A stretch of 20,000 bases of DNA from positions 4,308,615 through 4,328,614 of the forward strand of contig NC_057760.1 in assembly GCF_004010195.1 (NCBI RefSeq), given 5' to 3'. Positions within the stretch are counted from its first letter, which is position 1, and every line of letters starts with the position of its first letter. This stretch comes from Chiloscyllium plagiosum. Taxonomy: Eukaryota. The notes under the pieces were generated by a model. The model worked only from the letters and a program-made list of their open reading frames with translations. It did no database searches and was not told where the DNA came from. The translations under genes and the position numbers were made by a program. This document shows, piece after piece, positions 9,477 through 19,515 of the stretch.

Positions 9477-11695
9477 ATGAAAATAATCCTAATCTACTCA
9501 ACTTCCCTCATACCAGGCAACATCCCGATGAACCTCCTCTGTACCCTTTTGGTAATGTGGTGACCAGGACTGTACGCAGTATTCCAAATGTGGCCAAACC
9601 AAAGTACTATACAACTGTAACACGACCTGCCAACTCTAGTACTCAATAATCCGTCCTATGAAGGAAAGCATGCCATATACCTTCTTGACCACTGTACTGA
9701 CCTGCGTTGCCACCTTCAGGGAACAATGGATCTGAACACCCAGATTTCTCTGTATCAAATTTCCCCAGGACTTTTCCATTTACTGTATAGTTCGCTCTTG
9801 AATTGCATCTTCCAAAATGTATCGCCGTGCATTTGTCCGGATTGAACTCCATTTGCCATTTCACTGCCCAACTCTTCAATCCAACTATATTCTGCTGTAT
9901 TATCTGACAGTCCCTTTCACCATCTGCTACTCCAACAATCTTAATGTCATCTGCAACCTTCTAATGAGGTAATCTACACCTTTCTCCAAATCATTTACGT
10001 ATATCACAAACAACAATGATCCCAACACAGATCCCTGTGGGACACCACTGGTAACAGGTCTCCATTTTGAGAAGCTCCCTTCCACTACTGCTCTCTGTCT
10101 CCTGTTGCTCAATCAGTTCTCTATCCATCTAGCCAGAACACCCTGGACCCCATGCGACTTCACCTTCTTCATCAGCCCACTATGGAGAACCTTATCAAAT
10201 GTCTTAGTAAAGTCCATGTATATGACATCTACATTCCTCATCGATCAACTTTGTCACCTCTTCAAAGATTTCTATTAGATTTGTAAGACATGACCTTCCC
10301 TGCACAAAACCGTGCTGCCTATCACTGATAACTCATTTTCTTCCAAATGGGTATATAATCCTATCTCTTAGTATCTTCTCCAGTAGCTTCCCTACCACTG
10401 ACGCAGGCTCACAGATCTGTAATTACCTGGATTATCCCTGCTACCTTTCTTAAACAAGGGGACAATATTAGCAATTTTCCAGTCCACCGGGACCTTCCCC
10501 GTGTTCAAGGATGTTGCAAAGGTATCTGTTAAAGACCTAGCTATTTCCTCTCTCACTTCCCTCAGTAACCTGGGATAGATCCCATCTGGACCTGGGGACT
10601 TATCCACCTAATGCCTTTTAGAATACCCAAGACATCCCCCCCTCCTTATGCCAACATGACCTAGAGTAATCAAACGTCCATCTGTAACCTCAACATCCAT
10701 CATATCCCTCTCCTTGGTGAATACCGATGCAAAGTACTCATTAAGAATCTCTGACTCCACACATAACTTTCCTCCTTCGTCCTTGAGTGGGCCAACCCTT
10801 TCTCTAGTTACCCTCTTGCTCCTTATATATGAATAAAAGGCTTTGGGGTTTTCCTTAACCCTGTTTGCTCAGGATATCACATGACCTCTTTTAGTCCTCT
10901 TAATTCCTTGTTTCAAATTGATGCTACATTCCCAATATTTTTTCAAAGATTCATCTATCTTCAGTCACCTCGACCTTATGTACACATCCTTTTTGCTCTT
11001 AGCTAGTCTCACAATTTCAACTGTCATCATGGTTCCTTAATCTTGCCATTTCTATCCCTCATTTTCACAGGAACATATCTCTCCTGGACTCTAATCAACC
11101 TCTTTCTAAAAGCCTCCCATGTATCAAATGTGGATTTACCTTCAAACAGCTGCTCCCAATCCACATTCCCAGCTCCTGCCGAATATTGGTATTGTTGGCC
11201 TTCCCCCAGTTTAGCTCTTCCTTTAGGATACCCTCGTCTCTGTCCATGAGTATCCTAAAACTTACAGAATTGTGATCACTATTCCCAAAGTAATCCCTTA
11301 CTAAAATGTCAACCACCTGCCAGGCTCATTCCCCAACAGCAGATCCAGTATGGCCCCTTCCTGAGTTGGACTATTTACGTACTGCTCTAGAACACCCTCC
11401 TGGATGCTCCTTACAAATTCTGCTCCATCCAGACTCTAACACTAAGTGAATTCCAGTCAATGTTGGGAAAATTAAAATCTCCTATATCACCACCCTGTTG
11501 CTCCTACATCTTTCTATGGTCTCTCTACATATTTGTACCTCTATCTCACATTGTTACTGCACTCTTCCTACTTCTGAGCTCTGCCCATATTGCCTCACTG
11601 CTTGAGTCCCCCATAGTACCCTCCTTCAGCACAGCTGTGATATCCTCTCTGACAAGTAATGCAACTCCTCCACCCATTTTACCTCCCTCCCTATC

Positions 11696-12270
11696 CCTCT
11701 CTATCATTGGGAACAGCCTTTTTGCATTTATCCTGTACAGTCCTTTTAGAATTCTATCGGTTTCAATTAGGTCCTTTTCATTCTTTTAAACTCCAATGAA
11801 TATAGCTCTAACTCGATCTAGTCTCTCTCCATACGTTACTTCACCCCAGGAATCAGTCTTATTACACTCCTTCAATAACCAGAGCATCCTTCCTCAGATG
11901 AGGAGGCCAAAACTGCTCACAATATTCTAGGTTTGGTCTCAACAAGGCTCTGTGTAATTGCAGCAGGATATTCCTGCTCCTTGAATCATATCCTCTTGCT
12001 ATGAAGGCCAAAATCTAATTTGCAGTTGTACCTGCACACTTCCTTTCAGCAACGAGTGTATCGAGAGACCCAAGTATCATCACACCTCCCCCATCCCACT
12101 CTACTGCCATTCAAATAATAATGCACCTTCCAAGCCCTGATTCCTGCAGCATCCCAATAGTCATTGCCTTCCACTCAGAAATGAGCTTTTTACTCTTGTT
12201 CTTTGTTTCCTATCTAACACTATCCCCAATCTCATGTGCTTTAACTCAGAGACTTCTCTGCACCATTGCA
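11696..12270 (-). mobile_element. Older CR1 family, continuation of 8306-8535
   Basis: Degenerate antisense CR1 ORF2 C-terminus (CCAAAACTGCTCACAATATTCTAGGTTTGGTCTCAACAAGGC reads ALLRPNLEYCEQFW on the minus strand). Confidence 0.7.
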
Positions 12271-13399
12271 CCTGGCATTTCCTTCTGTTCTGTTTGTCTG
12301 TTTCCTTCTTCAGGCCAATTATTCTATTGTTAGCACTTCATTGGATTGACAGCAATCATCGAACAGCATTGGCATAACTCCAAGTTTTCTTTCACATTCT
12401 GCAAATGGCTTTGTGCCAACAAACCATTTAGTCTAGTCTCGCTTCAATCTGCTGATGGCTGAGTACGTTTATAAGGTGATGTATTTCTTAATCCTCCCAA
12501 GAGTCTGCCACAAAATCAAAGCTGAAATCAGCTTCTAGTTTGGAAAGGTTTACCTCAGAATACAACTAACCATTAACCATGCACAACTCTAACAACTGAA
12601 CTTTCACTGATGAACACAGCAATTGGCCAAGTCCTTAGATCTTATCTGTATTGAAACAGGCTTTTGTTTTACAACATGGAAAGAGTTTGAGCCATTTTAT
12701 TCTTTAAATCATTGGGGATTGGCAGGAGACAGCTGTTCTCTGGATGAAGAAAGTTGTTCAAATTTCAAAACAGCAAGCACAGACATTCCCCCCTCACTCC
12801 CTTCCTAAGGTACAGGCTAATTCATTTGGATATATGCATCTGCAGCTGTCAGTACCACAACCATGTGGCCATGCTTCAGAACTTTGCTCAGCCAGTCACT
12901 CCTCAACAATGGGTAGCATTTCAGCATCACCACAAGTTCACAGGCAACAAGTGCCTTGGGTTGTGACTGGGAACAAGGAAAGCTGGCTGAAGATTTCATT
13001 CAACACCAGGGAAACTGAGGGCAATTAGAGCTCCTTTTCTTTTCCATGTGTCTGGGAACTGTTTGTATCCTGAGCCTCAAAACCAGGTCATCAAACACTT
13101 TATGCCCCAATCTCTGGAATTCCTTTATTTAATTTCTATATATTTGAACTGCGCTCTCCTCCTTTCAAGCTCTCTATGACAACCTCTCCCAATGCTAATG
13201 AGTCTCAAACAGTGGATCACCTAAACAATGAGTGGGATTGCAGAAAATGAAATCACATTTACCTCACAGCATGCAATATAATTGTCAGGCTTAATAAAGG
13301 CATGTTCACAACTAATCAAAGACAGTGCAGGAAATCCTTACTCTTTACCCTAGGACTTCTACATGGTGCAATATGTGTGATTTCAGCTGAAGCAGTGGC

Positions 13400-13530
13400 A
13401 GCCTCAATGGAAGTCCCTTCAGTTACTTCATTTCTGATTACTGCAGTGATACTGGTCTTAATCAAAAAATGCAATTCCCCCTCCCCTCTTTCCACCACCT
13501 CTGTCCCACCTAAAGCACCTGCACCGTGAT
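13400..13530 (-). mobile_element. Isolated internal CR1 APE-endonuclease fragment
   Basis: Aligns by eye to 6162-6290 (FLIKTSITAVIRNEVTEGTSIEA versus FLIKASITVVVKDEITEESSSEA). Confidence 0.8.
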
Positions 13531-13534
13531 ACCT

Positions 13535-13641
13535 TACATCCTTCATGGTAACCTCAGCCAGTGATGGGAATTAGCCCCACAGTGTTGGCATCACACTGCT
13601 TCACAAATCAATTGTCCAGCCAACTGAGCTACACCAACCCC
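13535..13641 (-). mobile_element. tRNA-derived SINE head
   Basis: Minus strand GGGTTGGTGTAGCTCAGTTGG (A box, 13620-13631) and GGGCTAATTCC (degenerate B box, 13567-13577). No intact cloverleaf is evident. Confidence 0.65.
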
Positions 13642-13953
13642 ACATGAATGCACATGGCAATGAGCATGTTTCATCCTGATTCTTAGATCTTCCAAAAATT
13701 GTGTTCTTAAAGCAACACAGTTGTTAAAGCAAGAACAAATCATCTCCCACTCCAATTCCCAATGCATCATGAATTAAAAATCCAGCTTTAGGTAACTAGG
13801 AGACACCCTCCAATCCAACTTCCTGGCCTCCCAACCTCAGCACCTTATAAACGATACAGTTGGACAGTGATCTTCATGGGGTAAATCATTGGCTAATGTT
13901 CTTCTCCTTCCCACTCACATATTATGGTCTTTCCGCACATCATCATGTTTTAC

Positions 13954-14084
13954 CTTTGTCACAGAGGATGCCACCCCAGTTAGTCTCACAGTCACACTGC
14001 CAGGGTTCAGAGCATGTTCCATGAATGCAGCCTGGGAATGGAATGCACATGCTGCAAAGGACCCCTTGCCAACCATAGTGACAC
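13954..14084 (-). CDS. Internal coding exon of a Jagged/Serrate-family Notch ligand (end of EGF1 plus EGF2, equivalent to JAG1 exon 6); paralog not assigned
   Basis: Acceptor ctcctctggttctgcag|G and donor AAG|gtaaaa, 131 nt, phase 2 to phase 1. Translates [43 protein letters not shown]. CETNWGGxLCDK is Jagged-type, whereas Delta-like ligands have CQEGWGGLFCNQ. Confidence 0.95.
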
Positions 14085-14239
14085 CTGCAGAACCAGAGGA
14101 GCTACGTGTCAGAAAATATCTTTCTGTCCACAGGGGAGGCAACATAACAAAATATGAGCCATCAGAAAAGCAACTTGTTATAATTTTTTTCCAGGACACA
14201 ATAAGATAACATTTCAACAATTACATGAATTGGTTGGGT

Positions 14240-14345
14240 TCCACAATGACTTACCACCTCCAGATTCAAATCCCACATTGACCAATGGGATGACATGTTT
14301 CATTCTGTTAATTGAAAAGGTTTCACTTGAAATGAGTTTAAGGAA
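14240..14345 (+). mobile_element. Possible ancient tRNA-derived SINE remnant (LF-SINE-like)
   Basis: CACCTC..ATTCAAATCC (B-box-like) followed about 60 nt later by TGAAATGAGTT, an order matching my recollection of LF-SINE-type consensus. Highly diverged. Confidence 0.35.
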
Positions 14346-14701
14346 TTGTTATCACCATTAAAGGGTCACTCTATTCAGTGCAGGGATTAGCCTGTAAGCA
14401 TGCTCCTCTGAACCTTTCTAATATATCTGTAAGTGCATTAAGATCAAGCAGTTTAGCAACTTACTCTAACTCATTGTTCTCTAAGAACCTCAGCAAAGTA
14501 GAACTCACCTGAACATCATCTGGTGGACCTTCTATAAAAGGAGATCTGCCCGGTCATTTAATGGATTACCTCATTTCATATTCATTCTAATATTGCTCAA
14601 CATTTTGAAAGGCAGTAAATGGATTTGGCTAATAGACTTGTAAAAATCTGATAAAATAGTGAAAATGGATTGAGGACAGAATGATCTGGCCTTGATCCTA
14701 C

Positions 14702-15652
14702 TGTTGGAGAGCAGAGGTCGACATGCCTCTGATAATTAAAACCGAAACACCCAGAGAAGGTCACCTCGCCTCATAATCTGATAAAAATGTGTGACAAGGG
14801 TATAACCTATCTGTCAATCCCAAACCTGTTATAAAGGAGTGGTTAAATGAAATGAAATTCTTTCACTCACTCTACAATTAACAAATCATTTATTTATCTA
14901 ATTCTAACAATGAACAAATTAACAGAATTCCTAACCAACTGAACAGTTATTCCCTAATTTACTGCCTATTCCCTTACTGCATTAAATTCTATTGGTATGC
15001 TCTTTCAATACATAGCTCCCATTTATTTAAATCCAGACAATAAGAACAACGAGTAAAAGTCTCTCAAAGTTCACAAGAATGGACCCTCTGGAATGTTCCA
15101 CTGTCCTCTCCAGCTTCTCTCCTCTGTCTCTTCTGCTGCCTTCCTCGGTCTGATATGCCTTCTCATTTTGCCGAATTCTGGGGTCTGGAATATTACCTTT
15201 TATGAATACAGTAGATGGAAAGAAATTTTTTTTTTGGAAAGGGCGCAGAGATTTCGTGTGAGAGCCAGATTTGTATTTCTCTGATGGTGGATTTGCACTC
15301 ATTTCTGATGGCAGTTCACTCTCTTAATTTTCAAATGCTGGCAGCTTTTATGCCCGTGTTTACATATCAATTTCTTTAAAATGAGGTTAGTTTGAAGTAG
15401 TCAAAACCAACAGATTTGAATTTAATTGGTCCTTTAGTCTCCAAGTGTCTTTTCAAATTAATTGGATGATATTACGCTGTTGTCTGGGTAAAAATGTTGA
15501 TTGGATTTGCTAACTGAAAAGTCTTTGTTTCAATTTTGGGGCCCTCTGCGTGATGCTTGCAAACTTCCAAGCACAATCTCTTTCAAGGAACCACACACTG
15601 CTTTTCAATTCATTTTATAATTTTATCATATTTACATACCAACTTTATGACA
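14702..15652 (-). mobile_element. Probable solo LTR (about 950 bp)
   Basis: TGT...ACA termini and an imperfect 4-bp TSD (CTAC 14698-14701, CTGC 15653-15656). Minus-strand TATA-like CATAAAAG near 15345-15353 and AATAAA near 14889-14895, in LTR order. No coding motifs. Confidence 0.45.
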
Positions 15653-15709
15653 CTGCACAAATAATTAAAAATAGCAATGCAAATTAATTTAAGAGCAGAA
15701 GAAAGAGGC

Positions 15710-16035
15710 AAGGGAATAGACCATTCAGCCCATCCAACCTGCTCTAAGATTCAGTACAATGGTCGTTGATCTTTGTCTCAAATCCAGATTCCTGCTTACT
15801 CTCTATTTCCCTCATATCCCTGAGAAATCAAAATCTGTATCCCGAGCATTAAATATATTCAACAATGGAGCATCTTCAACATTTTAGGGTGGAAAACTTC
15901 AAAGACCACCAACCCTATGAATTTTTCCCGAGTCTAGTCTTAATAATTGAGCCATTATCCCTAATCCACACTCCAATGTTCTAAATTCCCAATCCAGTGC
16001 CTACCCTGTCAAATCCTGTCAGAATATTGCATGTA
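15710..16035 (-). mobile_element. Old CR1 3' end
   Basis: Tail GGAATAGACCATTCAGCCC and CTACCCTGTCAAATCC, similar to 8306-8535. Confidence 0.65.
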
Positions 16036-16084
16036 TGAAAGATCTGGGTTTCATTTAAAGAGGGATACAACTGAAAATTCAAGA

Positions 16085-17170
16085 AGTTACTTCCAGCTTG
16101 TGTTTGGTAATAGTCCTTCAAAATTTTGTAGATTCTCGGACAGTCCAGTGGGTTGGAGGTTATTCAATGCTGCACCATTATTCAAGAAAGGAAGAAGATC
16201 CAAATGCAGGGAACTGTAGGCCAGTTAGCCTGTTGTAAGGCACAGGAAAATGCTGCAATCTATTCGTAAGGAAGCTGTAACAATTCACTGAAACTATCAT
16301 TGCAATTAAGAAGGTAAATTACGTCTTGTCCTTCATTGGAAGGTGACTAGTGTGCAAAAATAAGAAAATCATGCTACAATTTTACAGTGCTTGGAGGACA
16401 ATGCAAAGTTTTGGTTGGCAAGCTAAAGAATGAACATACTTATATACGGGGGGGGGGCGCAGGTTGGCATGGTGGTTCAGTGGTTAGCACTGCTGGCTCA
16501 CAGTGCCAGGAACCTGGGTTCAATTCCAGTCTCCGACGACTGTGTGGAGTTTGCATGTTCTCCCCGTGTCTGCATGGGTTTCCTCCAGGTGCTCTGGTTT
16601 TCTTCCACAATCCAAAGATGTGCAGGTCAGATGAATTTACCATGCTAAATTGTCCATAGTGTTCAGGGATGTGTAGGTTCGGTGCATTAGTCAGGGTCTA
16701 GTAACAGGGTAGGGGAATGGGTTGAGTGGGTTACTCTTCAGAGGGTCGGTGTGGGCTTGTTGGGCCAAAGGACCTGTTTCCACACTGTAGGGATTTTATG
16801 AGAACTCTATGAGTATCAGAAGCACAACAGTGACAGGTCACTAGTTGAACCTTGGGAAGAAAGAACTGTTCAATGATGAGAGATTGAGTCAATGGACTCT
16901 GAGGTTTACAAGTACAATAGTTGATCTCATTTAAACATAAATTATAATAAGAATAGAAAGGCACTGAAGAAGGCAAAACAAGTGGCAGGAATCAAACTAG
17001 AACTTAAACATTACATTTATATTATCAGACCTTTCTTGTCTGAAAATACAGTAGGCTGAGGTGTGATGTCATATAGGTCTTTAGAATTATGAAGAGGTTT
17101 GATAGCGTAGATGTAGTAAAGGTGCTTCACTTTTGGAGACCAGAAAACTAGGAGCTAGAAGAATTAAATT
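16085..17170 (+). mobile_element. Fragmented old CR1 ORF2 pieces (about 16085-16440 and 16890-17170), interrupted by the HE1 SINE
   Basis: WRLFNAAPLFKKG, RPVSL remnant, and a later VFRIMKRFDSVDV-like segment. Heavily deleted. Confidence 0.6.
16462..16800 (+). mobile_element. HE1-type SINE (V-SINE superfamily, elasmobranch)
   Basis: A box TGGTTCAGTGG, B box GGTTCAATTCC, V-domain TGTGGAGTTTGCATGTTCTCCCCGTGTCTGC..GGGTTTCCTCC, and a CR1/HER1-like tail GGGCCAAAGGACCTGTTTCCACACTGTAGGGATTTTATG. Confidence 0.9.
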
Positions 17171-17177
17171 GTCACCA

Positions 17178-17618
17178 CCAGGGATATATTTCCCTCCCCT
17201 CCCCTATCAGCGTTCTGAAAAGACCACTCCCTCCGTGACTCCCTCGTCAGGTCCACACCCCCCACCAACCGAACCTCCACTCCCGGCACCTTCCCCTGCA
17301 ACCGCAAGAAATGCAAAACTTACGCCCACACCTCCCCCCCTTACTTCCCTCCAAGGCCCCAAGGGATCCTTCCATATCTGCCACAAATTTACCTGCACCT
17401 CCACACACAGCATTTATTGCATCCGCTGCACCCGATGTGGCCTCCTCTATATTGGGGAGACAGGCCGCCTACTTCCGGAACGTTTCAGAGAACACCTCTG
17501 GGACACCCAGACCAACCAACCCAACCACCCCGTGGCTCAACACTTCAACTCCCCCTCCCACTCCACCAAGGACATGCAGGTCCTTGGACTCCTCCACCGC
17601 CAGACCATAGCAACACGA
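17178..17618 (+). mobile_element. Penelope-like element (Neptune-type) GIY-YIG endonuclease region, runs into the gap
   Basis: Cys-rich linker FPCNRKKCKT, a frameshift near the C-run at about 17330-17340, then FTCTSTHSIYCIRCTRCGLLYIGETGR...RFREH...PVAQHFN. Confidence 0.88.
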
Positions 17619-18526
17619 NNNNNNNNNNNNNNNNNNNNNNNNNNNNNNNNNNNNNNNNNNNNNNNNNNNNNNNNNNNNNNNNNNNNNNNNNNNNNNNNNN
17701 NNNNNNNNNNNNNNNNNNNNNNNNNNNNNNNNNNNNNNNNNNNNNNNNNNNNNNNNNNNNNNNNNNNNNNNNNNNNNNNNNNNNNNNNNNNNNNNNNNNN
17801 NNNNNNNNNNNNNNNNNNNNNNNNNNNNNNNNNNNNNNNNNNNNNNNNNNNNNNNNNNNNNNNNNNNNNNNNNNNNNNNNNNNNNNNNNNNNNNNNNNNN
17901 NNNNNNNNNNNNNNNNNNNNNNNNNNNNNNNNNNNNNNNNNNNNNNNNNNNNNNNNNNNNNNNNNNNNNNNNNNNNNNNNNNNNNNNNNNNNNNNNNNNN
18001 NNNNNNNNNNNNNNNNNNNNNNNNNNNNNNNNNNNNNNNNNNNNNNNNNNNNNNNNNNNNNNNNNNNNNNNNNNNNNNNNNNNNNNNNNNNNNNNNNNNN
18101 NNNNNNNNNNNNNNNNNNNNNNNNNNNNNNNNNNNNNNNNNNNNNNNNNNNNNNNNNNNNNNNNNNNNNNNNNNNNNNNNNNNNNNNNNNNNNNNNNNNN
18201 NNNNNNNNNNNNNNNNNNNNNNNNNNNNNNNNNNNNNNNNNNNNNNNNNNNNNNNNNNNNNNNNNNNNNNNNNNNNNNNNNNNNNNNNNNNNNNNNNNNN
18301 NNNNNNNNNNNNNNNNNNNNNNNNNNNNNNNNNNNNNNNNNNNNNNNNNNNNNNNNNNNNNNNNNNNNNNNNNNNNNNNNNNNNNNNNNNNNNNNNNNNN
18401 NNNNNNNNNNNNNNNNNNNNNNNNNNNNNNNNNNNNNNNNNNNNNNNNNNNNNNNNNNNNNNNNNNNNNNNNNNNNNNNNNNNNNNNNNNNNNNNNNNNN
18501 NNNNNNNNNNNNNNNNNNNNNNNNNN
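17619..18526. other. Assembly gap (908 N)
   Basis: Continuous run of N. Confidence 1.
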
Positions 18527-18544
18527 TCCTTGCATGGGATTTTG

Positions 18545-18838
18545 TACACTACTATTATAGGACAAGCCAAACAGAGAACAGCCAGGGAATTCCTAGAGGC
18601 ATGGTACTCATCCACAGATTCTATCAACAAACACATCGACCTGGACCCAATATACCAGCCACTGCAGCAGACAGCTGGAACTGACAACCGGAAGCGGCAG
18701 AAACAAACCACTATAAATGCTGGAGGAAACAACACAGAAGCGCTTCACAGGAGGCTCCCAAGCACTGAGGATGTCACCTAGCCAGGGGACGAAACGTCTG
18801 CAACACAAATTCCCAGCTCGGCAAACAGAACCACAACA
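18545..18838 (+). mobile_element. 3' end of a second Penelope-like family (Penelope/Poseidon-type GIY-YIG C-terminus and terminal repeat)
   Basis: IIGQAKQRTAREFLEAWYSSTDSINKHIDLDPIYQPL followed by a hammerhead motif. Confidence 0.8.
18762..18801 (+). ncRNA. Minimal type I hammerhead ribozyme motif
   Basis: GCA-CTGAGGA-T-GTCACCT-agcc-AGGGGAC-GAAA-CG-TC-TGC: core CUGANGA/GAAA, stem II (GTC/GAC and CCT/AGG), stem I GCA/TGC, palindromic ACGT, GUC triplet ending at 18798. Confidence 0.85.
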
Positions 18839-19515
18839 GTAACCTGTTCTAACTCTTTAATGTTTTGATGTGAGGAGCCATTTGACATTTGATTGATTTG
18901 TAACCATGCCACACTTCAGCACATTTTCTGAAAGTGACATTGTTTCACACATAAAGCATTCTTTTTAATAGGTCCATGACTTCTTCTGTCTGCAAGATTT
19001 TCTTGTTTCACAGCACTGACATTGTAGTCAGATTTGTCTCACTCACCAAAATGGTTTCTCACATGCACCTGTAAGTGTTTTGTACCTTAAAAGCTAAATA
19101 GCTTGTGCTACTCTCCTGTGATAAAGTAGTTTATCTCTCAGAATCAATCTGTGCTAATTTTGAACTTCTGCTTCTCTTACCATCTGAATGGCTTTCTCTA
19201 CCACCAACTCTTCTTTCAACAGTTATAAATCTGACAAAACAATTCAACGATGAATTCTGAGTTTAAATGTCCAAAGTCACATTTTTCACTAATCTGTAGA
19301 GTTCACTAAAACCTTACTCTTCTGTGAATTTTAATTATTCTCAGGTTAAACTAATTGTCAGAGGCTTTCAATATTTAATCAAATGCATCTGCTGTTCCTT
19401 TTACATCTTGTTGAGGTACAATATCATCAACCACACTCCCAATTATATCCAAAAGTATATTTATTTGCTCAGCTTTTGATTTAGTATGTAATTTGGAAGC
19501 AATTTTGTATCTTAA

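Larger units (their letters stand above)
8536..11695 (-). mobile_element. 5'-truncated CR1 LINE (most of ORF2), degenerate
   Basis: (AGAACA)n-type tail at 8536-8554. Motifs [55 protein letters not shown]. Truncated within the APE domain. Confidence 0.92.

Noticed and set aside
12606..12660. CTGATGA...GAAA as a third hammerhead
   Set aside because: No stem II or stem I can be formed around the motifs.
12623..13028. Several overlapping short ORFs as a host exon
   Set aside because: No EGF-like cysteine spacing, no recognisable domain and no convincing splice-site pair.
13560..13641. tRNA gene
   Set aside because: The B box is degenerate, A-B spacing is long and no acceptor stem is evident. 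A SINE head fits better. The same applies to 16462-16535.
13889..14220. ORF-track entries 13889..14209 (+) and 13915..14220 (-)
   Set aside because: They are alternative frames over the Jagged exon. The real frame is a third one bounded by splice sites.
14503..14545. Candidate upstream Jagged exon ending at CAG|GTGAGT
   Set aside because: No cysteine pattern or Jagged similarity in any frame, and the length does not match the expected exon.
16873..16901. Box C (ATGATGA) and box D (CTGA) as an intronic snoRNA
   Set aside because: The span is only about 29 nt, there is no terminal stem, and it is antisense to the host gene.
17133..18781. Long 340-475 aa ORFs
   Set aside because: They are artefacts of reading through the N gap, and the two sides belong to different PLE families.
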